Of a stretch of 64,000 nucleotides of DNA, positions 12,405 to 24,338 are shown piece by piece. The notes beneath the pieces are model-generated. The model did not search any database, was not told where the DNA came from, and was given only the letters and a program-made list of their open reading frames with translations. How positions within the stretch are numbered: the stretch's first letter is position 1; each line of letters starts with the position of its first letter. The position numbers were made by a program, and so were the translations under genes. Origin of the DNA: Podarcis gaigeae (taxonomy: Eukaryota); the NCBI GenBank assembly GCA_964106915.2, contig OZ066923.1. One strand, given 5' to 3'.

Positions 12405-12543
12405 ATTCATAAAATTGTAGAGTTGGAAGGGATTATGAGGGTCATCTAGTCCAACCCCCTACAATGAAGAAATCTTTCACCCAACATGGGGCTGGAACTC
12501 ATGATCCTGAAATTAAAAGTTTCGTGTTCCACTGACTGAGCCT
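12405..12543 (-). mobile_element. tRNA-Lys-derived SINE with CR1 3' tail
   Basis: Head resembles tRNA-Lys(CTT) (GCTCAGTCAGTGGAACACGAAACTTTTAATTTCAGG..CCCCATGTTGGGTG), followed by the CR1 tail GGGGGTTGGACTAGATGACC. Confidence 0.8.
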
Positions 12544-13675
12544 ACTCCATGGCTTCTTACTTTCTTTTAAAAAAGTATTAGACCAGCTTCACCAAGCTGC
12601 TGCCATCCAGATGTTTTGATCTACAACTCCCATTGGCCCCAGCCAGCACAGTTGACTTAAATTTTGGAGGTGTCCCTTGGCAAATGGGGTGGTGCGGAAC
12701 TGTGGAGGCCAAACTCACTATGGAAGTTGAGGTAGGATTTTCGCTCAGAACTGACCTCTCCAAAGCCGGTAGCCACAAAAGTTCAAAATGATCAAAGGCA
12801 CTGAATGCCAGGGATGAAGCAAAGGAGGATCATCACCATGCTTCCAAGTTTCCCAGGGCATCTGACTTGCCATTTGTTTATTTAAAATATTTACCTCTTA
12901 CAGTTCCAACTCTGAGGCACATAACGAGAGTCCAGAAACAAAAGCCCATAAAATCTTTCAGGAACAGAATGTGTATCTATGTAGATGGACCTTGGTAGAC
13001 CCAATGGGCCAACTCCTATGCTCCTCAGAGTATGTCAAAATACCCTGAGTTTTGGTACTGGTCTGAGCCAATGGTGCCTATGGAACCATGTAGCTATTCT
13101 AAGAAGGCCCCTAGGCAGACTGGCCTTTTCCCTTCCTGATTTATGTCTGCTGCCATTGCAGATGGCTTCCTGCCGATCTTGCTCTACAGAACTCCCAGGC
13201 AGTTGTGGATTTCACAGAGTAAGCATTTCAATTCTGTCTTGCTCTCATACATTATTTCCCCCTTGCTAACGACAGTCAAGTTACTGTCCTGTGAAAAAAT
13301 CCATTTAGCTCTAGCGAGGCTGGCTGCAAAGCGGGAAATGAAGGGCACCGGGGAAGCCTAAGCTGGCACCAGGCGAGCGCGGGCACAGCCATCCGCAAAG
13401 CACTCATCCATTACCCAATCAGTGGCATTTCCAAACCCAGCGGGGTTCAGCTAGGGTCCTGCTGGGAAACAGAAATTAACTTGGAATGGAGGTAATTCAT
13501 CTTCAGAAGCTAGTCATCTTTCTAAAGTGCTCCTTGGCAATAAAGGGGAGAGATCCAACAGCAACTTTGGCACCACGAAAGAAATGCTTAGTGTGAAGTC
13601 TGGTGGTGCTCAAGAACAGAGTGGCAATCCATCTTCATTTTGCCCATCTTCATTTTGTCTACTTAAAACATAACA

Positions 13676-14142
13676 TGACTGGTCAGACTGGTGGCTGGGA
13701 GTGGCTGCCAAGACAATATAACACCGGTCCTGAAAGATCTTCATTGGCTCCCAGTATGTTTCCGAGTACAATTCAAAGTGTTGGTGCTGACCTTTAAAGC
13801 CCTAAATGGCCTCGGTCCAGTATATCTGAAGGAGCGTCTCCACTCCCATTGTCCAGCCCAGACACTGAGGTCCAGCACCGAGGGCCTTCTTGTGGTTCCC
13901 TCCCTGCAAGAAGTAAGGTTACAGGGAACCAGGCAGAGGGCCTTCTCGGTAGTGGCGCCTGCCCTGTGGAACGCCCTCCCAGCAGATGTCAAGGCAATAA
14001 GCAACTATTTTGCTTTTAAAAGACAACTGAAGATGGCCCTGTTTAGGGAAGCTTTTAATGTTTGATGTTGTATTGTTTTTAATATTTGGTTGGAAGCCGC
14101 CCAGAGTGGCTGAGGAAACCCAGCCAGATGGGCGGGGTATAA

Positions 14143-14195
<53 letters not shown>

Positions 14196-14196
14196 C
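13676..14196 (+). mobile_element. L2 LINE 3' fragment with (ATT)n tail
   Basis: ITPVLKDLHWLPV..FKVLVLTFKALNGLGPVYL..RAFSVVAPALWNALP, the L2 ORF2 end. Confidence 0.93.
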
Positions 14197-14199
14197 ATG

Positions 14200-14520
14200 C
14201 GCCGCGGGTGGCACTGTGGGTTAAACCACAGAGCCTAGGGCTTGCCGATCAGAAGGTCGGTGGTTCAAATCCCCGCGACAGGGTGAGCTCCCGTTGCTCG
14301 GTCCCTGCTCCTGCCAACCTAGCAGTTCAAAAGCACGTCAAAGTGCAAGTAGATAAACAAGTACCACTCCGGTGGGAAGGTAAACTCCGTTTTTGTGCGC
14401 TGCTCTGGTTCACCAGAAGCGGCTTGGTCATGCTGGCCAATAAAGTGAGATGAGCGCCGCGACCCCAGAGTCGTCCACGACTGGACCTAACGGTCAGGGG
14501 TCCCTTTACCTTTACCTTTT
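14200..14520 (+). mobile_element. Sauria SINE with internal deletion, adjoining an L2 (ATT)n tail
   Basis: Body lacks the segment between two GGCCA motifs. ACCTTT tail present. Confidence 0.92.
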
Positions 14521-16994
14521 AGTGACATCTATAGCAGCATTGTTAGGCCATGTTAAAGGTAGATTATCTTCCTTAGCCCCACCTAAAATCCGACTTGCAT
14601 CACCACTGCACTGTAAGCCAAATGCAATGCAGGTTAAGTAGCTACAAAGGAATCTCCATGTAGCTGGAAGCCTTCAGGTGGCTTCCGGTGGAGCCATTGG
14701 TGGAGAAGCCCCTTGCAACCTCTTGCAATGCCACTGGCGTCTTCATTCACACAAGGAACAAAAAGTCACAGAGGAAGTGTAGCATATTTCTTAGTCCTCT
14801 TCTACTGTTGGAAGCTGCCAGGTGTTTCTGAAGAGTGAGTGAGCCAATGGGCAGACATGTGCCCAAGGGGGAGTGTGTGGGGCATGGAGACCAGGCTGGA
14901 AGTCAAAACCCAGGCAGCTTTAGCAGCTGTCAGAATCAACAGCAAATATAGTCACAGAGCATCTTCTGACCACATGAAGGTCTCAAAGATTCCAAATTAC
15001 ATATTTGAAGGAACCTCCTACGTCTGTTCAAGGCCTTTAACGTCTGCATCTCAGTCCATCTGGCTGACCTTTTCTGGACTTTTTTCATGATCAGTTATTA
15101 AGGTCAAATTATTATTTATACTGGACAGATATTCTGTCAACACTGAAATGTCACCAGAGTCGGACAGCTGGCAATGAAGTATACTAACTACATATTTACT
15201 GTCAAGGGATCTGGAGGCTTCATGGCGTTTTCTACATTACAGAGCATATTGTATAGCCTTCAGTGCAAAAATGCAGGATTTGAGAATCTTAGTTTCAATT
15301 TTTTTACAACAACAGTTAAAGTGAGTGGTATGTCCCCATGAATAAATGGGGGGAAATAAAACCAAAGTGGCATTTTTTTGCTAGAGGTTAAGGGCTTGTC
15401 TGCACTATAGGTTTGCCATAAGTTGGGGCAAAGTTTTAAGTTGGCCTGCATTGCCTATATTACTAATCAAGGCAGGTGCAACACCTGCTGCTTATACGGT
15501 AAGAGGGGAAATGATAGAAGTGCATTAAATTATACTAGACCTAAGGGACATTCAATGAAGCTAAATATTGGGAGATTCAGGACAGACAAACAGAAAATAC
15601 CTCACATATTACATAGTTAAACTATGGAATTTGCTTCCACAATTTGTAGTGGAGGGTTAGAAATGGCAAAAGCCGCCACCCCCTCTATTTTCCCACATAT
15701 CCCTTGAAAAGTAAGTGTGCATCTTAGTCTTAGACCTCCCAATAAAACTGGCCACCCAACAGATTGATCCGTTATGCCTATAGACTGCCATGGTGGCAGT
15801 GGTGGGGTCTCAGGTGAGTAACAGCATGCTTGGAACGGATCCATTAAAGCCTCTTTACAAATCCAGAGCTCATATCCCACTCATCAAAGCATCTCAAAGA
15901 TTCCACCAAATTTTGAATCTTCAAGAGTGCAGCCATGTGTTCATGTATGTGTGCAATCTTTTAATCTCAAATAGTGTTATTTATTTTCTGTCACAGAAAA
16001 TAAGAGGCAGGTTTTTTTAATCGGCAGACTTCACATTCCTTAGATGCTATTTAGCACCAACATGTTAAAAATGAACACTGGGACCATAGTGCTTGTGCAA
16101 TTTCAGCTTTGTTTTTTCTTGGCAAAATCCTCCCTCTCACTTGTGCCCGGGTGTGTGTGTGTGTGTGTGTGTGCTTCAAAATATAACTTATCTAGCTTTG
16201 TTTGAAAAGTGATGAATCTTTCTTTTGTCTCTGCAAGAATTTGCTGTCGGATTTCACATTACTTGAAAAACAAAGTCCACAAAACAACCAGGTATAATTA
16301 TGTGCCTTATGAGCTAGGAGGAACTTGGAAACCTGAAGCTACATAGTAGTAGATACTTTGCAACTTGTAGACTCGCAGAAGTCCTTCTACTGGCCTTCTA
16401 CTTCACACTGAAAAGTACTTGGAAAACCGGGGGGGGGGGGGGGGGGATGTAAAGCGTGAACAATGTAAACTTGTGCTTGCAAACATTTTTCATGCAAACC
16501 CCCTCATTAGGGAGCCATAGCAGGGTGCCTGAAAACTGTGGCTTTAATGGGAAACCCAGGGTTCCCACTGTTCAGTGTATGGAAAGGCCCTTATGCATGT
16601 TTGAAACCTGACCACAGCATCAAGTGATGGCTTCTTTGTGCAAATGAGCTATTAGATGAATCACTGCCATGAGAACTATGATATCACCTGATGCCAACTC
16701 AAACACAAGTTTTCAGCTGAGAGTAAGACATTTCACATATTCAGCTGACAGTCATCAAGTGATGAGTAATCGACTGGATGTGTGACGCAACCAATGTTTA
16801 CTCTGGGGTTGGTGCCGCTCTCCAGCCTCTTCCTTGATTTCATGCACAATTTCTTATTTATCTCAGGCAATTTTCCAAACGAGCGTATCTCTCTGCATTT
16901 ATATATGCTGTTTTATGTTATGAGCATTTTATGTGACTGGCAAGAGTTCTGGTTTTTGAACAATGCAGAGATATACAATCAAGCATCAAAGGAA

Positions 16995-17224
16995 GGAAGA
17001 AGAGTTTGGATTTGATATCCTGCTTTATCACTACCCAAAGGAGTCTCAAAGCGGCTAACATTCTCCTTTCCCTTTCTCCCCCACAACAAACACACTGTGA
17101 GGTGAGTGGGGCTGAGAGACTTCAGAGAAGTGTGACTGGCCCAAGGTCACCCAGCAGCTGCATGTGGAGGAACGGGGAAGCAAACCCGGTCCACCAGATT
17201 ACGAGACTACTACTCTTAACCACT
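16995..17224 (-). mobile_element. tRNA-derived CORE/MIR-like SINE with (CTT)n tail
   Basis: Minus-strand TAGTGGTTAAGAG A-box and GGGTGACCTTGGGCCAGTCAC core motif. Confidence 0.75.
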
Positions 17225-20200
17225 AACAAATGAAAAAAGACTGAGGGTGGTGTTGTGGAAGAGGACTTCTGATTTGTGGGTACCCTCCTCTAACTGGTTC
17301 CCAGTCTACCATGGAAGACATCTGTTCTGTATTTCCTATCACCCTCTAAGAACTTCAGATGAGATCCAAATTCACAACTACCAACAACAAAGCACAGCAC
17401 TGATTAATTATTGCCTTCACTAACCAGCAGGATACTCCTACAACTGGATGCACCACTGGTCATTAGAACCGATGGCAGGACGTTGTGGCTATAGGGTTCA
17501 GATCAAGAAATTGAGGGCAGAAATATCAATACCTGCTGGTGAAAGGTTAAACCTCAGGGTTTTGAAATCCAGAGCTGATGGATACAGATTACTAATAATT
17601 CCCTTTGGCACCCAATACCAAACACTGGTCGAAGCAGGATAATGACTTAGGTGGGCATCCATTCCAATGTGGTTAAGGCAGCTCATTCATTCTCAGAATT
17701 TCAGCCTTGGTCTGAACCAAGAAACACCTTTAATCAAATCTAAGCAGTTCCCAGCAAAACGGCTCCTGGATGTGGACAAGGGGATGAGAGCAGCTACACA
17801 GATATGGTCGAAGGGGTAAAAATGAAGATTTATGAGCACAATATTTGCCTTGTGAAGGCAAGCTTGTCCATGCCGTTGGGCTAATTAAAATAATCCATCA
17901 CACAGTGTGTGTCTGAGGCCAGGTCAGCTGAAAAGCTGGGTATAAACCAAATGTCAAGATGTGCCGATGGAAAAGCATATTTGTATGTGAATATCTGTGT
18001 GTGAGCTTGCACATGCACATCTGTGTGTGTCAGTACCAGATTGTGAGAATGTTTTGTTGGTTTTACTGCTCTATCTACAGTAAGTGTTTGATAAATAACA
18101 CTCCAAAACAGTTGCAATGATGCAACAACAACAGCTGCAATGCTGTGTGCAGAAGGCCTTCTTTCTACTTAAAGGATCATAGAAACATAGAATTGAAGAG
18201 TTGGAAGAGGCCCTGAAAGTCATCTAGCCCAACCCCCTGCAATCCAGGAATCTCTGGAACCTGACCTAGACCCGGTTCTCCATCTGCTTCCCCCTGCAGC
18301 CTCTAGCTCTGGGACCAGGTCACTGGACAAGGGAAATGCCATATTTTGTTCTATCCAAGTTGCACTGGGTAATATGTCCAGAACACTGGAAAACACTTGT
18401 GTGAAACTGCACATGCATCCCCAAGGTGTGCTTGCCCTGGGTCCAAAATTAAGGCTGTAAGCAGGAGAACAAACACTGTAGAAAGTAACAGTGACCAAGT
18501 CCAGCCTCTTCCTGAAAGTAGCTTCCAGTTATCCTGGCTCCAAATCATTTAGGGTTTTATAGAACAGAACAAGCATCTTCAGTTGTGCTCAGACTGAAAG
18601 GCAGGGTAATTGCTATTGTCCATTTGGTCCATAAAGTGCACACCAGTCACAGTCTGGCTGCCGCATTTTGCACTAGCTGAGGTTTCTGGACACTCTTCAA
18701 AGGCAGCCCCACACAGAGCACACTGCAATAACCTAAAGGAAGAGATGATTCAGGCATGAATCACTGGGGCCAGATCATCCCCCTTCTCCTCCACAAAGGG
18801 TTATAGCTGGAGTACCAGCCAATGCAGCCACTTGACCCTCCAGGAGTAATGCTGGATCCAAATACCCTTCAGGTTGTGAGTGAACCTAGTGTTTCTTTTT
18901 CATCCAGAACAGGCTTGCCTACTGCCCTTCTGTCTTGTCTGGATTGAGTCTCAATATTTAAGCCCACACACAATCCATCAGTATGTCCTGGCAGTCTAGA
19001 TTCAGTCCAAGTCACAACTAAAAAGAAACATGCCTTTCCTTTCTTGCACAGTTTCATGAGGAAAGTATTTTCCCCTCCTTGGGCTAGCTCTTATTCTGTA
19101 GAGAGCCAGCAGAAAGGTTTAGAAAGATTTTGCAGGACTCATTAACACACCTGTACTATGTTCTGCATGCTCCCTATTGAATGTACTTGTAAATTATCTA
19201 TCTTGGTTTAACAACAAGGTGCCAAAGAAAGTACACAACTTTTTTTAACAAAAAAAACCTACCTAAGTTGACCAAATAATTGTTGATGGAATACAAAGAA
19301 CGAAACTGTATTTGTAAATTAGCAACAACCAGTGAACATGGTTTGTTTTAAATGTGCTATTTTTACACTGATTATTTGCTGTGGGTATTCAAACTGGGAT
19401 AAATGGGGGGAAATGAAGGCATAAACACCCAAAATAAATTTGCTTTTCTCCGTTTGCCCTTAATTGTGGGTTAACCTCAAACTATGCCTGTGATTGCATC
19501 CAGGTTACCCCTAGTCTTAAACAACCTCTTGGTGTCTCAGTTTAGCCACTAATAATTTACGCTCACACATATATATATAGGGGTGCAAATATATAAAAAA
19601 GCACTTCAGATGAGACTGAAAATCACTACATTGCGCAAAGTATTATCTATTGATCAGAATTTTCACTCGTGTCTCAAAGGTCACGTTCACCCTTGAGAAG
19701 CATGGAATGCACAATTGATCGGCTACGACTGCAGCCTAATAGTTTCTGATTATGGCTGCAAATGGACCTGAAAGAAAACTCATTTGTTTATGGCACTAAA
19801 CAACAAAACTCGCTTGGCAGCTCTCCGTGGCCATTTGAACATCTCTCGTCACCAACATCCATCTGATTAATGTACAGTAATTTGACAAGATGAGAACAGT
19901 ATGCCATCGCGGCTGGTAATGACATTTTCTTGGGAGAGCCACAAGTGATCTCCCCCAGAAGCGAGAGAGAAGGCCAATCCCAGGAATGGCCTCATTATCA
20001 TAAGCAACTCATTATGGCAGAAGCAGCTGTGCAGGCAGCCTTCAGAATGAGTTTTACTGGGCTATCCGCTATCATGATGCCTCTGTCAAAAATGCTTACA
20101 TTCTACCATGTATGATGAATCTGGAAGGAAGGCTTCTCAAGGGCATATCGGAACCGCAACTTATTCTAAACAAGCATGGGAACATCGAGCACTGAAGCTT

Positions 20201-20252
20201 CACCAGTGCCTTCGTGGGGAGGCCCCTTTCTGAAATGATGCAGCTTTCTTAC

Positions 20253-20472
20253 CTGCAACAGAGGCCTCTGCACGCCCAGCATCTTCATGGTGTCTGCGCT
20301 GGCCAGTATCTTCAGTGGCTCAGTTATCTTGGTGACTCCTTCGATTTCCTTGTTGATTTCTCCCAGGACTTGGCTAAGAAAGATGTTCTTGATGTACATG
20401 GTGAGGAATTCCCGGAGTGGGCACTGCTTAGTTGGGCTGAGTCCTAAAGCGTGCTCAATCTCTTGAATAAAT
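20253..20472 (-). CDS. EXOC4: EXOC4/Sec8 internal coding exon, 220 nt (likely orthologous to human exon 11; numbering from memory)
   Basis: Translates (R)[73 protein letters not shown], recognisably vertebrate Sec8. Acceptor tgtttcag| ends at 20473 and donor CAG|gtaaga starts at 20252. Starts in phase 2, ends in phase 0. Confidence 0.96.
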
Positions 20473-20902
20473 CTGAAACACATTAAAGAAGGGGAAACTC
20501 ACTGTTACTATGTTTGCCGAGTCAAATGGAACTAGATTTCAGCTAACGGTTTCCAGACGTTTTATGGAACAAGAGGTGAATCCTTGCCTTATCTTTCAGA
20601 AACACGCTCCTACTAGAATTGATAGAAGTCTGTTTATCTTAAAAAGCTTATCATTTGTACAGCTCCCATTAAAACAGGGCTGGGGAACCACCAGCCCAGG
20701 GGCCAGATGCATTTGCCAGGTTGTGGCTGCTGTCGCATGATGACAGTTTTTAGGAGCCATGGGTGAGAGCTGAGTGCAGGGTAGGGACCAAAAGTGGACA
20801 AAGTACTCCAGAAGGACCATGACATGACCCCCACCAGAGGTACTACCGCTCCTCTAACACCCCATACAATTTTATGTGTAGTTCGAGCCTAAAATGGCAT
20901 CA

Positions 20903-21281
20903 GGGATGTGGGTGGCGCTGCAATCTAAACCCCTGAACCTCTTAGGCTTGCCAATTAGAAGGTCGGCGGTTCGAATCCCCGCAACAGGGTGAACTCCCGT
21001 TGCTCTGTCCCAGCTCCTGCCAACCTAGCAGTTCGAAAGCACGCCAGTGCAAGTAGATAAATAGGTACCGCTGCAGCGGGAAGGTAAATGGCGTTTCTGT
21101 GCACTCTGGCTTCTGTCACGGTGTTCCATTGCGCCAGAAGCGGTTTAGTCATGCTGGCCACATGATCTGGAAAGCTGTCTGTGGACAAATATCAGCTCCC
21201 TCGGCCTGAAAGCGAGATGAATGCTGCAACCCCATAGTTGCCTTTCACTGGTCTTAACTGTCCAGGGGTCCTTTACCTTTA
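20903..21281 (+). mobile_element. Sauria SINE, longer and more diverged subfamily
   Basis: Extra internal segment CTTCTGTCACGGTGTTCCATTG. TSD CCTAAAATGGCATCA. Confidence 0.92.
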
Positions 21282-22730
21282 CCTAAAATGGCATCATCGG
21301 ACAGAGAGGGTTTATGGGATTACTCCTTGGATACACTGGCTTGGGGCAAGCGGTGGTGTAATAGTTGTATTATTGGGGTACCCAGAGGACAGCCAGTGTA
21401 TCAGAACAGCCCATCACTGCCTGGAAGGAAGAAGATGACAAAGCTAAAGTCCCTTTCAATTACTTGGCAGCCGCAATTTGTGGCTGACATCCTGCATATG
21501 GCTGAGTGGGTCCAACGTGACATCCAGGTCTATGCGGGAAATTTTTCTTAAACCATTTCATCAAGAAAAGAACCATCCAGATGTAAATTTCCAAGGGAAT
21601 CAAACTCTGCTCTCAGCGGTCCCAAATGAAACTATCTGGCACCGGCAGAGGGAAACGGAGGAAAAACCCATAAAGGTAAAAAGCCCTGTGGGGTGTATTT
21701 TCTCAGTGTGAGAGAGCAAGTCATATGGCAAGTCAAGGATGGAAAATTCCCTTAACGCATGGTAATTACACTTATTTAACATAACAACTGCAGTGCTTAT
21801 TCTTGTAAAATGCTAAGGAGATTTCTGCAAATCAAAATGCAAAGCAAGGAACATTTCTGGGTTGCTAGACCATGGCCCCAGTTGATGAGGGGAGCTGGGA
21901 GGGGGGAAAGGGTCCAAAAACTTAATGAAGCTGAATGTGGGAAGGGGGGAATCTCTTGCCTGTTCTCATACTGCTATGAAATGCCTGAAGAGAAGAACAG
22001 GGTCTGGGAGGAAGCCCTAAAAATGCAGGAGGAAAAGCTGAAATCTCCATCTCATATCCAATTCAGAGGCAAGCGCTTGCCGAGTGATATACAAATTTAA
22101 CTTGTTTTATCTTTCTAGGAAAGCATTCAAGGTGATTTGTGACTACAATTAAGCAGTCCCGCTAGACAGAAAAGCACTTTAGGTAAAATCAGGTGTCTCT
22201 CTTCTCCTGCTTCCCCCCCACCCCCCATGGCAAGTCATTGTATTTTTATTGTTATTCATGTAACAACTTGTTTCCGAAAACTTAATTTTAACTCCCAACT
22301 TTATTGCCTCAGCTAGCCTGTAATACGGATTTGTTTAGGAAACGGATGACTTTTGCATCTTTTGCAAATTATGTCAGTCTTTTGCTTTTTCTGTTGCAAC
22401 ACTTCTTAGACAAGAAATGTTTAAAAACGCAGCTTTGCTAAATTATTGTAAAAGAATATTGCAATAATAAAGAAAATATGATAGCCATCTTCAAATATCT
22501 CAAGGACTGTCACATGGAAGAGGAAACAATCTTGTTTTCTCCTGATCTGGAGGGCAGGACTCAAACCAATGGATTCAAGTTACAAGGAAGGAGATTCTGA
22601 CTCCACATCAGGAAGAACTTTCTGACAGTAAGAGCTGTTCCACAGTGGAATGGTCCCCCTTGGGAGGTGGTGGGCTCTCCTTCCTTGGAGGTTTTTAAGT
22701 AGAGGTTGGATGATAATTTGTCATGGATGC

Positions 22731-23165
22731 TGTCAGGGAACTGCCATCAGAGCTAGAGGCAGAGGGAAGGCTCCAGAGGGATGCCGGAGAGGGTCCCAGT
22801 AGGGAGAGAGGCAGCCCATCTGCTGGGGAAGGAAATCAGCGTAACACCAGTGGAGAAGGGGGGCAGATGGGGGAATCGGAGAGGAGGCTCCAGGACTCTT
22901 CACCGGAGACCAGCGGGGAGAGCACGGGTACTCCGCTGCTCACACCCTCCCTGCGCAGAAGACTTCCTTGCAGGGAGAGTAGGAGGAGACTTGGCGTCAA
23001 AGAACTTCTTTGCTGGAAGAAGTTCAAGAAACGCCCACTGACGGATTCTGCCAGCGACTGAGACAGCCACGAAGTGAAAGGCTGTCCAGACAGAAAGGGT
23101 TCAACCAGGTAACCTAGCCAGGAGTGGCGGCAACTTACGCACGAGCAACCCCTAGAACCATTACA
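22731..23165 (+). mobile_element. Solo-LTR-like element, 435 bp, copy 2, inserted in a CR1 3' end
   Basis: TGTCAGGGAA...CCATTACA with TSD GATGC (22726-22730 / 23166-23170). The CR1 sequence resumes directly after it. Confidence 0.9.
22732..23061 (+). CDS. LTR-embedded open frame, 109 aa (VRELPSELE...RRRLGVKELLCWKKFKKRPLTDSASD*)
   Basis: Open from base 2 of the element. The ORF-track ATG at 22723 is supplied by the flanking CR1. Shows many synonymous differences against copy 3. Confidence 0.6.
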   Translation, partial: VRELPSELEAEGRLQRDAGEGPSRERGSPSAGEGNQRNTSGEGGQMGESERRLQDSSPETSGESTGTPLLTPSLRRRLPCRESRRRLGVKELLCWKKFKKRPLTDSASD

Positions 23166-23474
23166 GATGCTTTAGCTGATATTCCAGCATTGCAGGGGGT
23201 TGGACTAGATGACGCTTGGGGCCCTTCCAACTCTACAATTTTATGATTCTATGATCTATTAATTCCTCTTCTATCCCAGCACCAGTAGTTTGATGTAGCT
23301 GCCAACCTGATCATACAACTTGGTTTTATGTGTCCAGTGATGTTCAAAGTTTGTTCCAGCAAGCCTTGTAGTCCTTTGGGATAGTTATCAGAAATTCTGC
23401 AATGACCTCAGACAAGCTTATGTGAAAAATGACCTGTTCTCCATCACCAATGCAGGCTACTCTGGGCTGTAAGC

Positions 23475-23875
23475 TAGGGTTACCAGATGTCCCCGGTTCC
23501 CAAGGACAGTCCCCAGATTTGCAAATCTGTCCCTGGATGAATTCCGTCCCCAGAATGTCCCCAGATTTGCAAATCTGTCCCTGGGAAACGTGGCAGTGGC
23601 AGCCTCAGCAGCCTAGAGCCAGCCTGGTAGCGCAGTTGGCTCTGGTTGGCTTCAGGAGCTGCTTGCTGCCATGGTGCCCGCCACTTTTCCTTGCTGGAAG
23701 TCCCCATATGATGTGTTGCGCACAAGAGACATCACATGGGGACTTCTGGGAGGCAAACTGGTGGGCGCCACGGCAGCGAGCAGCTCATGAAGCCAGCCAG
23801 AGCCAACTGCGCTACCAGGCTGGCTCTGGGCTGCTGACTGCCACCGCCAAAGGGGAACCGGGGACGTCCGGCAGT
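23475..23875. mobile_element. Non-autonomous hAT-like element with internal direct and inverted repeats
   Basis: TAGGGTTACCAGATGTCCCCGGTTCCC left end versus GGGAACCGGGGACGTCCGGCA right end. GTCCCCAGATTTGCAAATCTGTCCCTGG is duplicated. Confidence 0.7.
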
Positions 23876-24338
23876 AAAGATCTCCTGCCCCCTTTGTTTT
23901 GACTGATCGGGGGAGGCTCGGGAGTTGTGGGTGGGCGGCTGTTGCCCAGTTTTTAAAAAAACTGTTCGCCTTTATGTTTCACAGGGTGCGAAAGAAGGGC
24001 TTTGCACCTTTATACAATATGCATGTGTGCTTGGGCCCAGGGTCTTTTGCCTCACCATCCCCACTACTGACTCCCTGTTGTTACTCACCTTCAAAAAAAA
24101 AAAAAAAAAAAAAAGGGTCCCTGGATTCATTGAAAAATCTGATAACCATACTGTAAGCCGACCTAGTTTACTGTGTCCGCCTGAGACCACGCCGTTCCTC
24201 CTTCCTGGTCATGACTGCTTTTGTTTCAAGAATTCGCGTTTTATTCTGCTTTTATCTAGTACACTGTTTCAGTGGCTTTGTGTTATGAGACTGCTTTTAG
24301 CAAGGGGCAGAATTTGACACCATTCTGAAGCAGGGACA

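Larger units (their letters stand above)
2469..20252 (-). other. EXOC4: EXOC4 intron (~17.8 kb, GT-AG)
   Basis: Lies between the two in-frame exons. No other Sec8-like coding sequence is visible within it. Confidence 0.9.
22478..23254 (+). mobile_element. CR1 LINE 3' fragment (older), interrupted by LTR copy 2
   Basis: MIAIFKYLK...[12 protein letters not shown]-like sequence and a GGGGTTGGACTAGATGAC...ATTCTATGA tail. Confidence 0.92.

Noticed and set aside
14005-14453. Poly-N and poly-Y ORFs
   Set aside because: They come from an (ATT)n microsatellite between an L2 tail and a SINE.
23429-23902. 157-aa ORF with repeated SPDLQICPW
   Set aside because: It arises from internal direct repeats of a non-autonomous DNA element and has no protein-family signature.
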